Shown in pieces: positions 23,567-36,107 of a stretch of DNA of 64,000 nt. The translations under genes were made by a program, and so were the position numbers. The stretch spans positions 20,834,898-20,898,897 of the forward strand of contig JAHRHZ010000002.1 in NCBI GenBank assembly GCA_024137785.1, in the 5' to 3' direction. Every line of letters starts with the position of its first letter. Position 1 is the stretch's first letter. The notes beneath the pieces are model-generated. The model was not told where the DNA came from. It did not search any database and worked only from the letters and a program-made list of their open reading frames with translations. The stretch comes from Ginglymostoma cirratum (Eukaryota).

Positions 23567-26500
23567 TAGAACATAGAACCTAGAACGTAGACCACAGAAC
23601 ATAGAACACAGAACAGTACAGACAGTACAGGCCCTTTGGCCCACGATGTTGTGTCGAACTTTTACCCTAATCCTAATGTCTATCTAACCTCCACCCCTAC
23701 CTTATACTAACATCCATATGCCTATCTAATAGCCGCTTAAATGCCCCTAATGAGGCCGACTGCACTACCCTCTCCGGCAATGCATTCCACACCCCGATCA
23801 CTCTCTGAGTGATTCAGACCTCTGACGTCTTCCCTATATCTACCTCCACTCACATTAAAACTATTCCCCCTCGTAATAGCTGCCTCCACCCTAGGAAAAA
23901 ATCTCTGGCTATCTACTCTATCTATACCTCTGATCATTTTGTACACCTGTATCAAGTCATCTCTCATCCTTCGTCGTTCGAAAGAGTAAAGCCCTAGCTC
24001 TCTCAACCTTTCTTCGTAAGACCTTCCCTCCATTCCAGGCAACATCCTGGTAAATCTCCTCTGTACCTTTTCTAACACTTCCACATCTTTCCTGTAATGA
24101 GGCGACCAGAACTGGACACAATACTCCAGTTGTGGCCGAAACAGGCTTTTGTATAGCTGCAGCATAACTTCACGGTTCTTGAACTCAATTCCTCTATTAA
24201 TGAAAGCTAACACACCCTACGCCTTCTTCACAATTCTATCGACCTGGGTGGCAGCTTTCAGGGAACTGTGAACATGAACCCCAAGATCCCTTTACTCCTC
24301 CACACTGCCAAGATTCTTTCTGTTAACCCTGTATTCTGCTTTCAAGTTTGTCCTTCCAAAATGAATCACCTCACACTCTTCAGGGTTAAACTCCATCTGC
24401 CACTTCTCAGCCCAGCTCTGCATCCTATCAATGTCCATTTGTAACCAAGAACAGCCCTCCACACTGTCCAGAATGTGACCCATCTTTGTATTGTTCGCGA
24501 ATTTACTAATCCACCCTTCCACTCCTTCATCCAAATCATTTGCAAAAATCACAAATGGAAGAGGATCGAGAACAGATCCTTGTGGAACACCACTCGTAAC
24601 TGAGCACCATGTTGAATATTTTCCATCCACGACCACCCTTTGTCTTCCAAGGGTCAGCCAATTCTGAATCCAATCTGCCACATTTCCCCCTATCCCAAGC
24701 CTCCTTATCTTCTGCATGAGCCTACCATGGGGAACCTTATCAAACGCCTTACTTAAATCCATGTATGCTGCATCTACTGCTCTACCTTCATCCACCTCTT
24801 CAATTTGATCACCTCTTCCAGGAATTCAATAAGGTTTGTGAGGCATGATCTACTCCTCAAAATCCATACTGACTATCACGAATCAAACTGTGCCTTTCCA
24901 AGTGATCATAAATCCTATCTCTCAGAGCCCATTCCAATAATTTGCCCACCACTGACGTAAGACTAACTGGCCTATAATTTCCAGGGTTATCCCTATTCCT
25001 ATTTTTAAACAAGGGAATGATGTTTGCCTCTCTCCAATCTTCTGGCACTGTACCTGTGGACAGTGAGGATGAAAAGATCATCGCCAAAGGCCCTGCAATC
25101 TCTCCCCTTGCTTCCCATAGAATCCTTGGATAAATCCCATCCGGCCTGGGGGACTTATCTATCTTCAACTTCCTCAAAATTTCTAGCACATCATCCTTAC
25201 TAACATCGACCTCCTTTAGCCTACCAGCCTGTTTCACACTGTCCTCCTCTACAACTAGGTCCCTCTCAATTGTGAATACCGAAGAAGAGTATTCATTAAG
25301 GACCTCTTTTATCGCTTTAGGCTCCATGCAGAAATTCCCTTTACAATCCTTGATCGGCCCTACCCTTTCTCTGGTCATTCTCGTATTCCTCACGTACGTG
25401 TAAAAAGCCTTGGGGTTTTCCTTGATCCTATCATGCCCCCTTATAGCTCTCCTAAGCCCTTTCTTCAGCTCCTTCCTGGATAACTTGTTCCCCCTACAGC
25501 CTTTTCTGTTCCATGTTTCCTAAACCTTACATAAGCATCCTTCTTCCTCTTAACTAATAATTCGACTTCTCTTGAGAACCAAGGCTCCCTCACTCGACCG
25601 CATCTTCCCTGCCTGCTAGAGACAAACATATCGATCACACACAGTATGCATTCCTTAAACAATCTCCACATTTCTATTGTGCTCTTTCCTGACAGCATCT
25701 GTTCCCATTTTATGTTACCCAGTTCTTGCCTAACAGAGTTATAATTACCCTTCCCCCAATTATAAACCTTACCCTGCAGTATGTATCTATCCTTTTCCAT
25801 GACTGTTTTAAAAGTAACAGAGTTATGATCGCTATCACCAAAGGGTCTCCTACCAACAGGTCTAACACTTGGCCCGGTTCATTGCCAAGCACCAAATCCA
25901 AAGTGGCTTTTCCTCATGCTGGTCTATCTACATACTGTGTCAGGAATCCTTCCTGAATGCACTGGACAAAATCCGCTTCATCTAAACGATTACATCTAAA
26001 ATGTTTCCAATCAATATTTGGAAAGTTGAAGTCACCCATGACTACAACCCTGTGACTTCTGCACCTTTCCAGTATCTGCCTCCCAATCCACTCCTCTACT
26101 TATCTGCAACTATTAGGGGGTCTGTAAAAAGCCCCCAACAAAGTGACTGCTCCTTTCTTGTTCCAGACATGAACACAAACGACTCTGTAGACATACCATT
26201 CTCGAACTGCCTTTCAGTAGCTGCTATACTAGCCCTGACTAGCAATGCCATTCCCCCGCCTCTTTTTCCACCTTCCCTATTTCTTTTAAAACATCTAAAT
26301 CCCAGAACTTCCAACAACCACTTCTGTCCCTGAATTACCCAAGTTTCTGTAATGGCCACAACATCGTAGTACTGACCCATGCTCTAAGTTCATCCGCCTT
26401 ATTTCTGACACTTCTAGTATTGAAGTATACATACTTCAAACCATCTCGCCCCATCGACTGCATTTCTTTATAAACAACCTCACTCCCTGTTGTGTCTGTT

Positions 26501-27416
26501 GGAAGGCTGAATACCTCATGCTCTGAATTACAAATCCGGTTCCCCACCCCCTGCCAATCTCGTTAAAACCATCCCGTATAGCTCGAGCAAACCTCCATCC
26601 CAGAATATTTGTGCCCTTCCGGTTCAGTTGTCCTTACTGTACAGGTCCCACCTTCCCCAGAATGTGCTCCAATTATCCACATAACGGAAGCCACCCCTCC
26701 TACACCAGCCCTGTAGCCACGTGTTTAGCTGCACTCTCTCCCTATTTCTTATCTTATTATCACGTGGCTCTGGTAGTAATCCAGAGATAACTGCCCTGTT
26801 TGTCCTGGACTTTAGCTTCCAACTTAACTCCCTGTACTCGCTTTTCACATTCTCTGTCCTTTTTCTCCCTATGTCATTGGTACCGATGTGTACCATGACT
26901 GCTGGTTGCTCACCCTCCCCCTTAAGGATCTTGAAGACACGATCCGAGACACCACGGACCCTGGCACCCAGAAGGCAACATACCATCCGTTCATCTTGTT
27001 CGCATCCACAGAACCACCTGTCTGTGCCTCTTACTACTGAATCCTCCCAATACAATTGCTCTCCTTTTCTCCCCCCTTCCCTTCTGTGCCACAGGGCCAG
27101 GCTCAGTGCCAGAGACCTGTCCGCCATGGCATTCCCCTGGTCGGTCGTTCCCCCCCGACAGTATGCAAAACGGTATACTTATTATTGAGGGGAATGGCCA
27201 CAGGGGATCCCTGCACTGTCTGCCAATTCCCTTTCCCCTTCCTGACAGTCACGCAGCTACCTTTCTCCTTTTCCTTGGGTGTGACCACCTCGTTATAACT
27301 CATCTCTATCACCCCCTCAGCCTCCCGAATGATCTGGAGTTCATCCAGCTCCAGCTCCAGTTCCCTAACACGGTTTTTGAGGAGCTGGAGTTTGTTGCAC
27401 TTCTTGCAGGTGAAGA
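23567..27416 (-). mobile_element. Near-complete decayed CR1 LINE: ORF1 (zipper plus SGNH esterase) and ORF2 (APE endonuclease plus RT), frameshifted
   Basis: ORF1 EDSVVRGTDR...VHIGTNDIG; ORF2 YDVVAITETW, NYRPVSLTSVVGKLLE, DLSKAFDKVPH, GVPQGSVL; CATAGAA tail at the left end. Confidence 0.92.
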
Positions 27417-29804
27417 AACAATCACAGTAAAATGGGAATGAAAATATTAATGATTATGTCAACATGACATTAGACAGAGACATGCTATTGATATTCAGCA
27501 TGAGAGGAATGGAAGAACATTACTAGAGGGCTATAATCAATATTCTACGTACCGGAATGTTAATAAAGCGTTTACAGGGTTCACTGAGAGGCAGATAATA
27601 GGTGCTCACAGAGAAGGTAAAGACAGAAATGCATTAGGTTCAGAGCAGGAATAGTCTAGCTCAGTTAAAGCAGCATCTAAAAGGCAGTGCAGACACGCAA
27701 TTTCCAGGCTTCATGGCACCCAAGTCAGAAAGCAAAATGATCTGCCAGGCAAAAGACATGGCAACGGATCTGGGTGAATTGCTCCTCTAATGTGTCAAGA
27801 CAAACACGATCGGCTAAAAGGCCTCTTTCTCTATTGACCATTCTACATTTCAATGAAATTGTGAACAGTTTTGGGCCCTTTACCTAGGGAAGGATGTGCT
27901 GACCTTGGAGGATGTCCAGAGGAGCTTTACAATAATGATCCTTGTGATGAAGAGATTGTCATATGAGGAGGGTCAAGAATGTTGGGTCTGTACTCGATGG
28001 AGTTTAGACAAATGAAAGGGTGTCTGATTGAAACTTAGAGAATACTGAAAGGCCTGGATAGAGTGGCTGCAGGGAAGATGAGGGCCCATAGGCACAGCCT
28101 CAGTGAAGAAACGACCTTTTAGAACTGAGATGAGGAAGAATTTCTTCAGCCAGACAGTGCTTAATCTGTGGAACTTGTTGTCGCAGAAGGCTGTGGAGAT
28201 CAAGTCATTGAGTGTTTTTAGGATACAGATAGATAGGTTCTTGATTAGTAAACAGGTCTAAGGTTACAGAGAGAAGTAGAGAGACTAGGATTGTGTAACT
28301 CTGAGGCATGATTGAATGGCGGAGCAGATGGCCTAATTCTGCTCCTATATCTTACGGTCTTGCAGCCATTAGTGTGGCATGAATGTTACTTGTCACTTGT
28401 CAGCCCTAGCCTGGATATTGTCCAGATCTCATTCCATTTGAAGCTGGACTTCTTCAGTATCAGCGAATGGTGCTGAATATTGCAAAATTATCAATGAACA
28501 TCCCCATTTCAGACCTTATGATGGAATGAAGGTCTTTGATGAGGCAGCTGAAGGTGGTTGGGCCTAGGACACTACGCTGAGCTAGTCATGTAGAGATGTC
28601 CAGGAGCTGAGATGAGTGAGACTCTGTGATCCAGAATACAGCCATTGGACTGCTCTATGCCTCTGGTTCACTATCCCTCTAATTTGAACCCTAGAACAGT
28701 GATGTCTGTCAATAAGATAATGATATCTGCCATTTATAGGTGTCCAGTGGACAGTTAGAAGTTCTGATTTTATTCCACTTAAAAGGCACAAATCAGGTTG
28801 ATGGGACAATCACTGCTTGCCTGAATCAATGCACCTTCCAGAACACTAAAAAAGGTTGATACTATCCAGGACAAAGCAGCCCATTTGATTGGCACCATAT
28901 CCTTCCCTCCCTCCACTCTTGGTGCTCGGTAGCAGCAGTGAGTTCTATAAAATGCACTGCAACAACTCTCCAAACTTCGGAACTATTGGCCACTGCTCAT
29001 CTTTGATGTGTCTGTTCTGGATTTTTTTTCAGAGGAGCTTCAGAACAATGTTAGAAGTTTTCGAATTTAGAGTTTTTCCTTGACCATTGAGTTGACCTAT
29101 ATCCACATCGCCAAGGTGGATATTTTCTGTTGGTTTCTCTCACTTTAATTGATAGATTCTGACTCCAATACAGGAACGATCTTTCACTGTACAGTAACTG
29201 TGTGGGCTGCCAGGCAGATTGATTTGGTGAGTACAGGCATTCTGCTTCACCCAAGGCCTGACTGAGCTTTGAACTAAATACTGGGCTAGGCCACGGCAGA
29301 GCTCTGATCCGGTTACTAGGCAAAGACCAGGCAGAGCTCCAGCACAAGCCCCGGACCGGAACCTGAGATCCTGTCAGCAGCCAGTTACAGGGTGGGAAAG
29401 AAACCACTGGGGGCTTGGAAATAATTGGTTTCTTTCAACACGTTCATTCGCTTGGGGTTCTGAAAATGTGAAAGTTGTTTGGCATCAGATTGAGAAGGAT
29501 CTGCTCACTCTCTTATTGGCTGGGTACAGGTGGTTACCATGAGGATAAGTGACCAATGATGGGAGAGAGAAGTTGGAATTGGGAAGGTTGGGCAGTTGAT
29601 GAATGCATCCAAGCACTGTCAGCAATGCCCATGTCTTCATGGTAATCGAGATGTGGAATCAGTTAGATCAGTTGGCTGGATGGCTGGTTTGCAATGTTAT
29701 GTGAGGCTGTAGTCCTTTGTTTTATTGGTAGACCCAATGTTATTAGGAGGGAGTTTCGTGATATCTTTCTAATGATGTTGAAGGACTGACAATATAGTTC
29801 AAAG

Positions 29805-31045
29805 TCAGTGTGGAGCTGGAGGAACACAGCAGGCCAGGCAGCATCAGAGGAGCAGGAATGTTGCTGTTTCGGGTCAGGACCCTTCTTCAGAAAGGGGGAG
29901 GGGGAAGGGAGCTCTGAAATAGATCGAGAGAGGAAGGGTGGGGCTGGGGAAGGTAGGTAGGATGGCAATAGGTGAGTGCAGGTAGGCGGTGGAGGGGATT
30001 GTTCAGTGAGGTGGAAGGAGCGTATAGGTGGAAGAGAAGATGGACAGGTTGTGTCAGGTCAAGGCGGCGGGGATGAGAGGGAGGGTTGGTCATGGGATGA
30101 GGCCAGTGGTGGAGAGATTTTGAAACTGGTAAAATCCACATTTAGGCCATTGGGCTGTAGGCTTCCAAGACGGATTATGAGGTGCTGCTCCTCCAGTTTC
30201 TGGGTGGCGTCATTGTGACACTAGAGGAGGCCTAGGATGGACACATCACCCAGGGAGTGGGAGAGGGAGTTGAAGTGGTTCGCAACCGGAAGGTATTGTT
30301 GTTTGTCTCAAACAGAGTGCAGGTGCTCTACAAAGCAGTTTCTGAGCCTCCACTTAGTCTCATCGATGTAGAGGAGGCCACATCGGGAGCAGCAGATGCA
30401 CAGGACCACATTGACAGATGTGCAGGTGAACCTCTGTCTGATGTGAAAGGTTTGTTTGGCGCCTTAATCATCACCTCATCACCTTAGGTGACTTCCAACC
30501 CTCAGCCTCCAACTTCATTATTTCCCAACTCCATACCACCCAGTTCTATCTCCTTCCCAAAATCCACAAACCTGCCTGTCCCAGTCGACCCATCGTCACT
30601 GCCTGCTCCTGCCCCACTGAACTTATCTCCGCTTATCTCGGCTCTATTTTCTCTCCCCTGGTCCAGGAACTACGTCCAGGACACCACCCATGCCCTCCAC
30701 CACCTCCAAGACTTCCAATTCCCTGGACCCCAACACCTCATCTTCACTATGGATGTTCAATCCATTTACACTTGCATTCCCCATGCCGATGGCCTAAAAG
30801 CCCTCGGCTTCTTCCTCTCCCACAGGCCTAACCAGTCCCCCTCAACCGGCACCCTCATCCGCTTAACCAAACTCGTCCTTACCCTTAGCAACGTCTCCTT
30901 CAACTTCTCCCACTTCTTACAGACTAAGGGGGTGACCCTGGGAACCCGCATGGGCCCAAGCTATGCCTGCCTTTTCGTAGAATACGTGGAACAGTTCTTC
31001 TTCCGCTGCTACACTGGCACTAGCCCCCACCTCTTCCTCCAGGTA
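29805..31045. mobile_element. Penelope-like element with internal inversion (minus 29805-30460 endonuclease/pLTR; plus 30465-31045 RT)
   Basis: YVQDTTHAL...FTMDVQSIYTCIPH...GTRMGPSYACLF on plus; pLTR on minus. Confidence 0.8.
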
Positions 31046-31599
31046 GGCATAACTGAAACCAGGGGAAGGGATCCAAGTGGCAAGTGAATACTGGAGGTGA
31101 GTGAAGGGATCAGTGGAATGGTCTTGGGGGAATGGTTGGGGTGTGGGGGAGGTGGCGGAGTGGGATTCCTGCCCAACGAAGTGAGCATGGAGACTCAGGC
31201 TGCAGAAAAACAGTTCAATGTCATGGCAAGCCCGAAATTCATGAAGGTGGAGGTGTAACGGTATGAAACTGAGTTCTTGGCTGAAGACAATATGTCACCC
31301 TCATAGAGGGGCACATCAGGAGGTATGGTGAACACTCGGCAAAGGCTGGAGTTTGGGGGAGTGACTTCTAAGGGACAGAAAGGGATGACATTTGAGGGCT
31401 GAGAGGAGGTGGGTGTTAAACGATGGTGGTGCTCCCTCTTACTCTTTCCTCTCCACCTTCCTTTCCGTCACAGGATATTAACAGGAAAAACCAAAGTAGG
31501 TAGAGACAAACTATTTCCACTGGTTGGGGATTGCAGAAATAGTAAGCATAGGGCCAGACAGTATGGGAGGGATGTTAGGCAGCACTGCACAGAATTATT

Positions 31600-31925
31600 G
31601 AATTCCCACAGTGAGGAAGCAGAACATTCTGCTCATTGAGTCTACACTGACTCTGCAGAAAATCTCACCCAGACCCCCGTATTTCCTATGCCTAATCCAT
31701 CTTGCTTGCACATCCCTGAACACTCTGGGCAATTTAGTATGGCCACTCCACCGAACCTGCACATCTTTGGACTGTAGGAAGATACTGGAGCACCTGGGGG
31801 AAACCCAGGCAGACACACGGAGAATGTGTAAACTCCACACAGACAGTCACCCAAGCCTTGAATCTAACTTGGGCCCCTGGTACTGTGAGGCAGCAATGTC
31901 AATCACTGAACAACCATGCGGCCGT
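31600..31925 (-). mobile_element. HE1-type SINE
   Basis: Same V-domain and tail as 11430-11736. Confidence 0.8.
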
Positions 31926-32319
31926 ACTTCTACACACAAAGGGTGGCAGATATTTGGAGCTGTCTTCCACAAATGGCAGTGAATGCAGGATCAGTTTTTA
32001 ACATTAAATCTTAGATAGTTGAGTTTTTGTTAAGCAAGGGTATTAAGGGATATGGGTAAACGGCAAGTATGTGGAATTAGGGCACAAATCAGCCATGGTA
32101 TCTTTGAATGGTGGAACAAGCTCGAGGGGCTGAATGGCCTACCCTATTCTTAATTTTATCTCTTCACTTTCATATAGTGTTATTTTATTTTTCCAGAGGC
32201 CTGATCTAATAATACAGAGTATGTGAGCTTAAATACCATATGGCATATTGAGAATTTCAGTTCAGTTGTACAGATCTGGAAGCAGTTAATGTGATGATCA
32301 TTGTTGTAAATTGCTTCCT

Positions 32320-32631
32320 GTAGAATCCCTATAGTGTTGAAGCAGGCCATTCTGCCTATCGAGTCCACAACAACCCACCCAGACCCACTTACTATGCTAT
32401 CCTTACGTTTGTCATAGCTAATCCACCTAACCTACACATCATTGGACACTGAGTAATTTAGCATGACCAATCCACCCTAACCTGCACATCTTTGGACTGT
32501 GGGAGGAAACTGGAGCACCAGAGGAAACCCACGCTGAAATGGGGAGAATGTGCAAACTCCACACAGACAAGTCGCCCGAGGGTGGAATCGAACCCTAGCC
32601 CTAGTGCTAACCACTGAGCCACCATGCTGCC
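32320..32631 (-). mobile_element. HE1-type SINE
   Basis: GGCAGCATGGTGGCTCAGTGGTTAGCAC head on the minus strand. Confidence 0.8.
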
Positions 32632-32633
32632 AG

Positions 32634-33443
32634 TGCTGAGGTTCTTTTAAGTGACTGCAACAGATGAAGCATGAACCTGTTTGCTCAGAACAATCTACCC
32701 TTGGACCTCTGCGATTGCTGGCTACGGTTATTGGCTTGTACATATAGGAGAAGTGTCAGTTCTCTTGTAACTCCCAAGTCATTTTATTAATGTTGTCAGG
32801 CAATACACGTGCGTAGCTTATATATTTTTAGGCATAAACCAAAAACTGGAACCTGTTTGTCCTCAATTAGGCCCTCTGACACTCCCTGAGTAGTCACAGA
32901 ATAGTAAAGCTAATACCGGAGCAGGATAGCTGCTGATGCTGATAAGGGCTGACGCTGGCCAGGCGTTCCATTCCATCTCTATCTCGATGTCACCACCACG
33001 TTCCTGACGTAGGGTCCTCTTCAGCGATGGTTAGTGTCTAGAGTTTTCACTGGCACCACACCTGAGAGTCCTCATTCTTATCCTTTTCCATATCTCTTTC
33101 GAGCTATGCTGTTTCTTTCCTGCTGGCTCAGGCTCGTTCACTTATTGCATGTCTTTTCCTTATTGACCTGGCCCAAGAACTTAGGTAGCATTATTTCATT
33201 ACTCCTTGTTAAAATAGGCTTTTGCATTAACTTCATCATCCTTGCTTTCCACAGGATTTAATTAGTTCAAACTGGTTTCAGTCAGCTCAGACTAGTAGCC
33301 AGACTCTGGTCATTTTTAGTTCACAAAGTGCTTTTTCCTACTTGTCAGCAGTTTTGCATTCAGTATTTTCTGCAGCATGTCGGTGGCTTGTATCTCTCTC
33401 TCTCTTTTTCTCTGCAGCGCCTGGCTAACATCTCTTCCCTCTT
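32634..33443 (-). mobile_element. Putative 3' LTR (about 32634-33430) preceded by a polypurine tract (33431-33443)
   Basis: Minus strand reads AAGAGGGAAGAGA|TGTTAG...; TATATAA at 32818-32824 and AATAAA at 32783-32788 (minus); candidate ...CA end at 32634. Confidence 0.55.
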
Positions 33444-33719
33444 GATCCAAAGATACTTAACTTAGGATCATGCTCTGTCTCTTTCTGTGGACCTCTCCTG
33501 GGATTGTCAGTGGCCCCCAATGGGTGTATCACATCTTCAGTGTTATGCCATTGTAGTAAAATAGAGAAAAGAATATATAAAAATATTAATGAAAATAAGT
33601 AATATCAAACATGTATATAAAATGTGTATAAAAAATACATAACTTAATTCACAGTGTCTTCATAGTGTTCCTTCTGTTTCATTATAGCCTCAACTTTCAA
33701 TCTTTGCAAATTTTATTTT

Positions 33720-34775
33720 GTCAATTTCTGAGCTGACAAACATTGAGTGTGACAATTTTTAATGCACATAGAATCACTACTACAGCAACATACAACAGAA
33801 TTCTGACCCATGGATGTATTTGAACATTGTCTGTCCAATTCCAGAACTTATCCCACAACCCAGGGTCCTGCAACAATTGTTTTGTTTTGTCAACATGAGT
33901 TCTAATTATTTTTGTGTGTTTGGTCCATCGATGACATCTCTTTTGCCTCTCCCACTATACGTGTCCAATCTGCGGTCAGGTGCGGAATGGCTGCTAGTTC
34001 AGTGACAACATACCTCCATACATCTTGGTCTGTATCAGTACGTTGGATCGTGAGGTTTTCTTTTATCACTGTCCTGGTCATTGGCTGAGGCAGAACTCAC
34101 CCACCAACTACCATATCAGAGTTCACATTGTTAATGGCTACGTTGTGTCCTTACAGAGGACACTATCTCCATCCCTTGCTGTAGTTCATAGCTGCTGTGG
34201 CTATATAATACGTTTGCCACAAGGGGATTTTGTAGAAAGGACTGGTTGTTAACAGGGAGAATGGAGAGTGGATAATTTTCATAAGTGCTGAAACTGCAAT
34301 CTGTAAGTCTCTGTCTTGTTATCTCTTCTGGGCAGGCCCAATGATCCTTCCTTTGGTGGCATTTTGACAAATCTACCCCTTTCTCAGCACCATCTATTAC
34401 AATAGCATGAGGTGGTGGGTTACTTAAAGATATCCAAGTATTTGCCAACGTTATGGACTCTCTGCAAAGGGTACGTCAGATTGTTTCCATGTCAGGGAAC
34501 ATGAAATACTGCCCCAACATAATATTTCCCCTTATCCTTGTCACAGGTACCTAAAACCCTAAAAGTAAGGTCAAACCTCTGAGGTTTTCCTATTCTCCAA
34601 CTCACCTTATCAATTGTTCATCCGACACCTAGTCTGGGGCTAGGTGAGCATGCAGTTGTAACAAATTAGCCCTAAACATCGTCAACACCCAGGTAGTATA
34701 TTTGGCACACACCTTGGCCTTATGGGCCTTCTCAGAAATAGTAGCTATACAATCAATGATTAAATTCACTATACC
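33720..34775 (-). pseudogene. Decayed viral envelope/fusion glycoprotein gene (C-terminal about 350 codons, stops and frameshifts)
   Basis: Manual minus-strand translation gives a Cys-containing ectodomain (GVDLSKCHQRKDHWACP), a helical segment, a Trp-rich membrane-proximal LWDKFWNW and a TM ILLYVAVVVILCALKIV, directly upstream of PPT and LTR. Confidence 0.6.
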
Positions 34776-35279
34776 CTAGACACACAGAGTGGGTGGAATC
34801 TGAACCCAGCCTCCCAGTTCAGGGGTAGGGACACTATTACTGCCCCACAAGAGTGCCCCATCCCAACCTGTTTCCTCCTTTTGTGAATGCGTTTTGTTTA
34901 TTGTTCGAAGATCTGAAAGATTTTTAAGTAATTTATTTTTGTTTACACATCTTTGAGTCAGCTTCATTTATGTTCCTTTCCTAATTTTGTAATCATCATG
35001 TTCACATATGTTATTACACATCTCTGGAGCAGGTGGAACTTGAACCTGGGCCGTCTGATCCGAAGGTAGGGACATGATCCCTGTGCTAAAAGAGGGCCCC
35101 ATCTCAATCTGTTCATTCATGTCCATCAGGAATTGAATGCTGCTCTCCTGAATTTTGATTCTTAGGCTCATATTTTGCCTGCACAAAAAACCCAGTTCTC
35201 ACCACGAGTGACCACGTAATCATAACACCATGCAAGTAATATCACTGATCTGTGCATGCTCAGACGTGATTGGATTTTG

Positions 35280-35600
35280 GGGCAGTATGGTGGCCCAGTG
35301 GTTACCACTACCGCCTCACAGCACCAGAGTCCTGGGTTTGATTCCATCCTCAGGTAACTGTCTTTTTGGAGTTTACACATTCTCCCTGCATCCATGTCAG
35401 TGTCCTCCCAAAGCCCAAAGCTGTGCAGGTTAGGTGAGTTGGCCATTCTAAATTGCCCATAGTGTCCAGGGATCTGCAGGCAGGTGGGTTAGCCGCTGGA
35501 AATGCAGGGATAAGGTCAAGGTGGGATGGTCTTTGGTGGATTGGTATACATTCAATGGGCTGAGTGACCTGCTTCCACACTGTTGGAGTTCTATGATTCC
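35280..35600 (+). mobile_element. HE1-type SINE
   Basis: GGCAGTATGGTGGCCCAGTGGTTA head; TTCTATGATT tail. Confidence 0.8.
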
Positions 35601-36107
35601 CTTAAATTACATCTGCTGTATTTTCCACATTTTAATTGATACTGAATCATGGAAAGAACCAATTTCCCGTGTCCAGTGTTGAGGTTCTTTTACGTGCCAG
35701 TGCAAAAGCTCAAGCACAAACGTGTTTGCTCAGAACAATTTACACATCTGCCAATATCAACGGACTATACACAGCAACCAGCTGTATTCGACATTGCAGG
35801 ATTATCCTGAAAACAGAGACATGTTTCTGCATTTTTTTTCATGCCCTATTCCTTCAGGACAAATGCAAGAATGCTAAATTTCAAACCATCACAACTTCCG
35901 GAGAAAAGTGGTGCCGCTTGGTTGGCACGTTGATTCTGTGCAGGAATCCCAGTGGAACGCTGATTTTTACAGCCCGGAATTGGTCAGAGTGTACAAACAC
36001 CTTGCATCCAGTCCCTAAAGTACCTACACAGGCAGCTCAGGATAATTTGCCTTTCTGAAATTCAAGAGAAGGGGACAGCGACAAAATGGGTTCCATTCCG
36101 ATGAGGG

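Noticed and set aside
35280-35350. tRNA genes
   Set aside because: A/B-box-like sequences are SINE heads followed by V-domain bodies, not complete cloverleafs.
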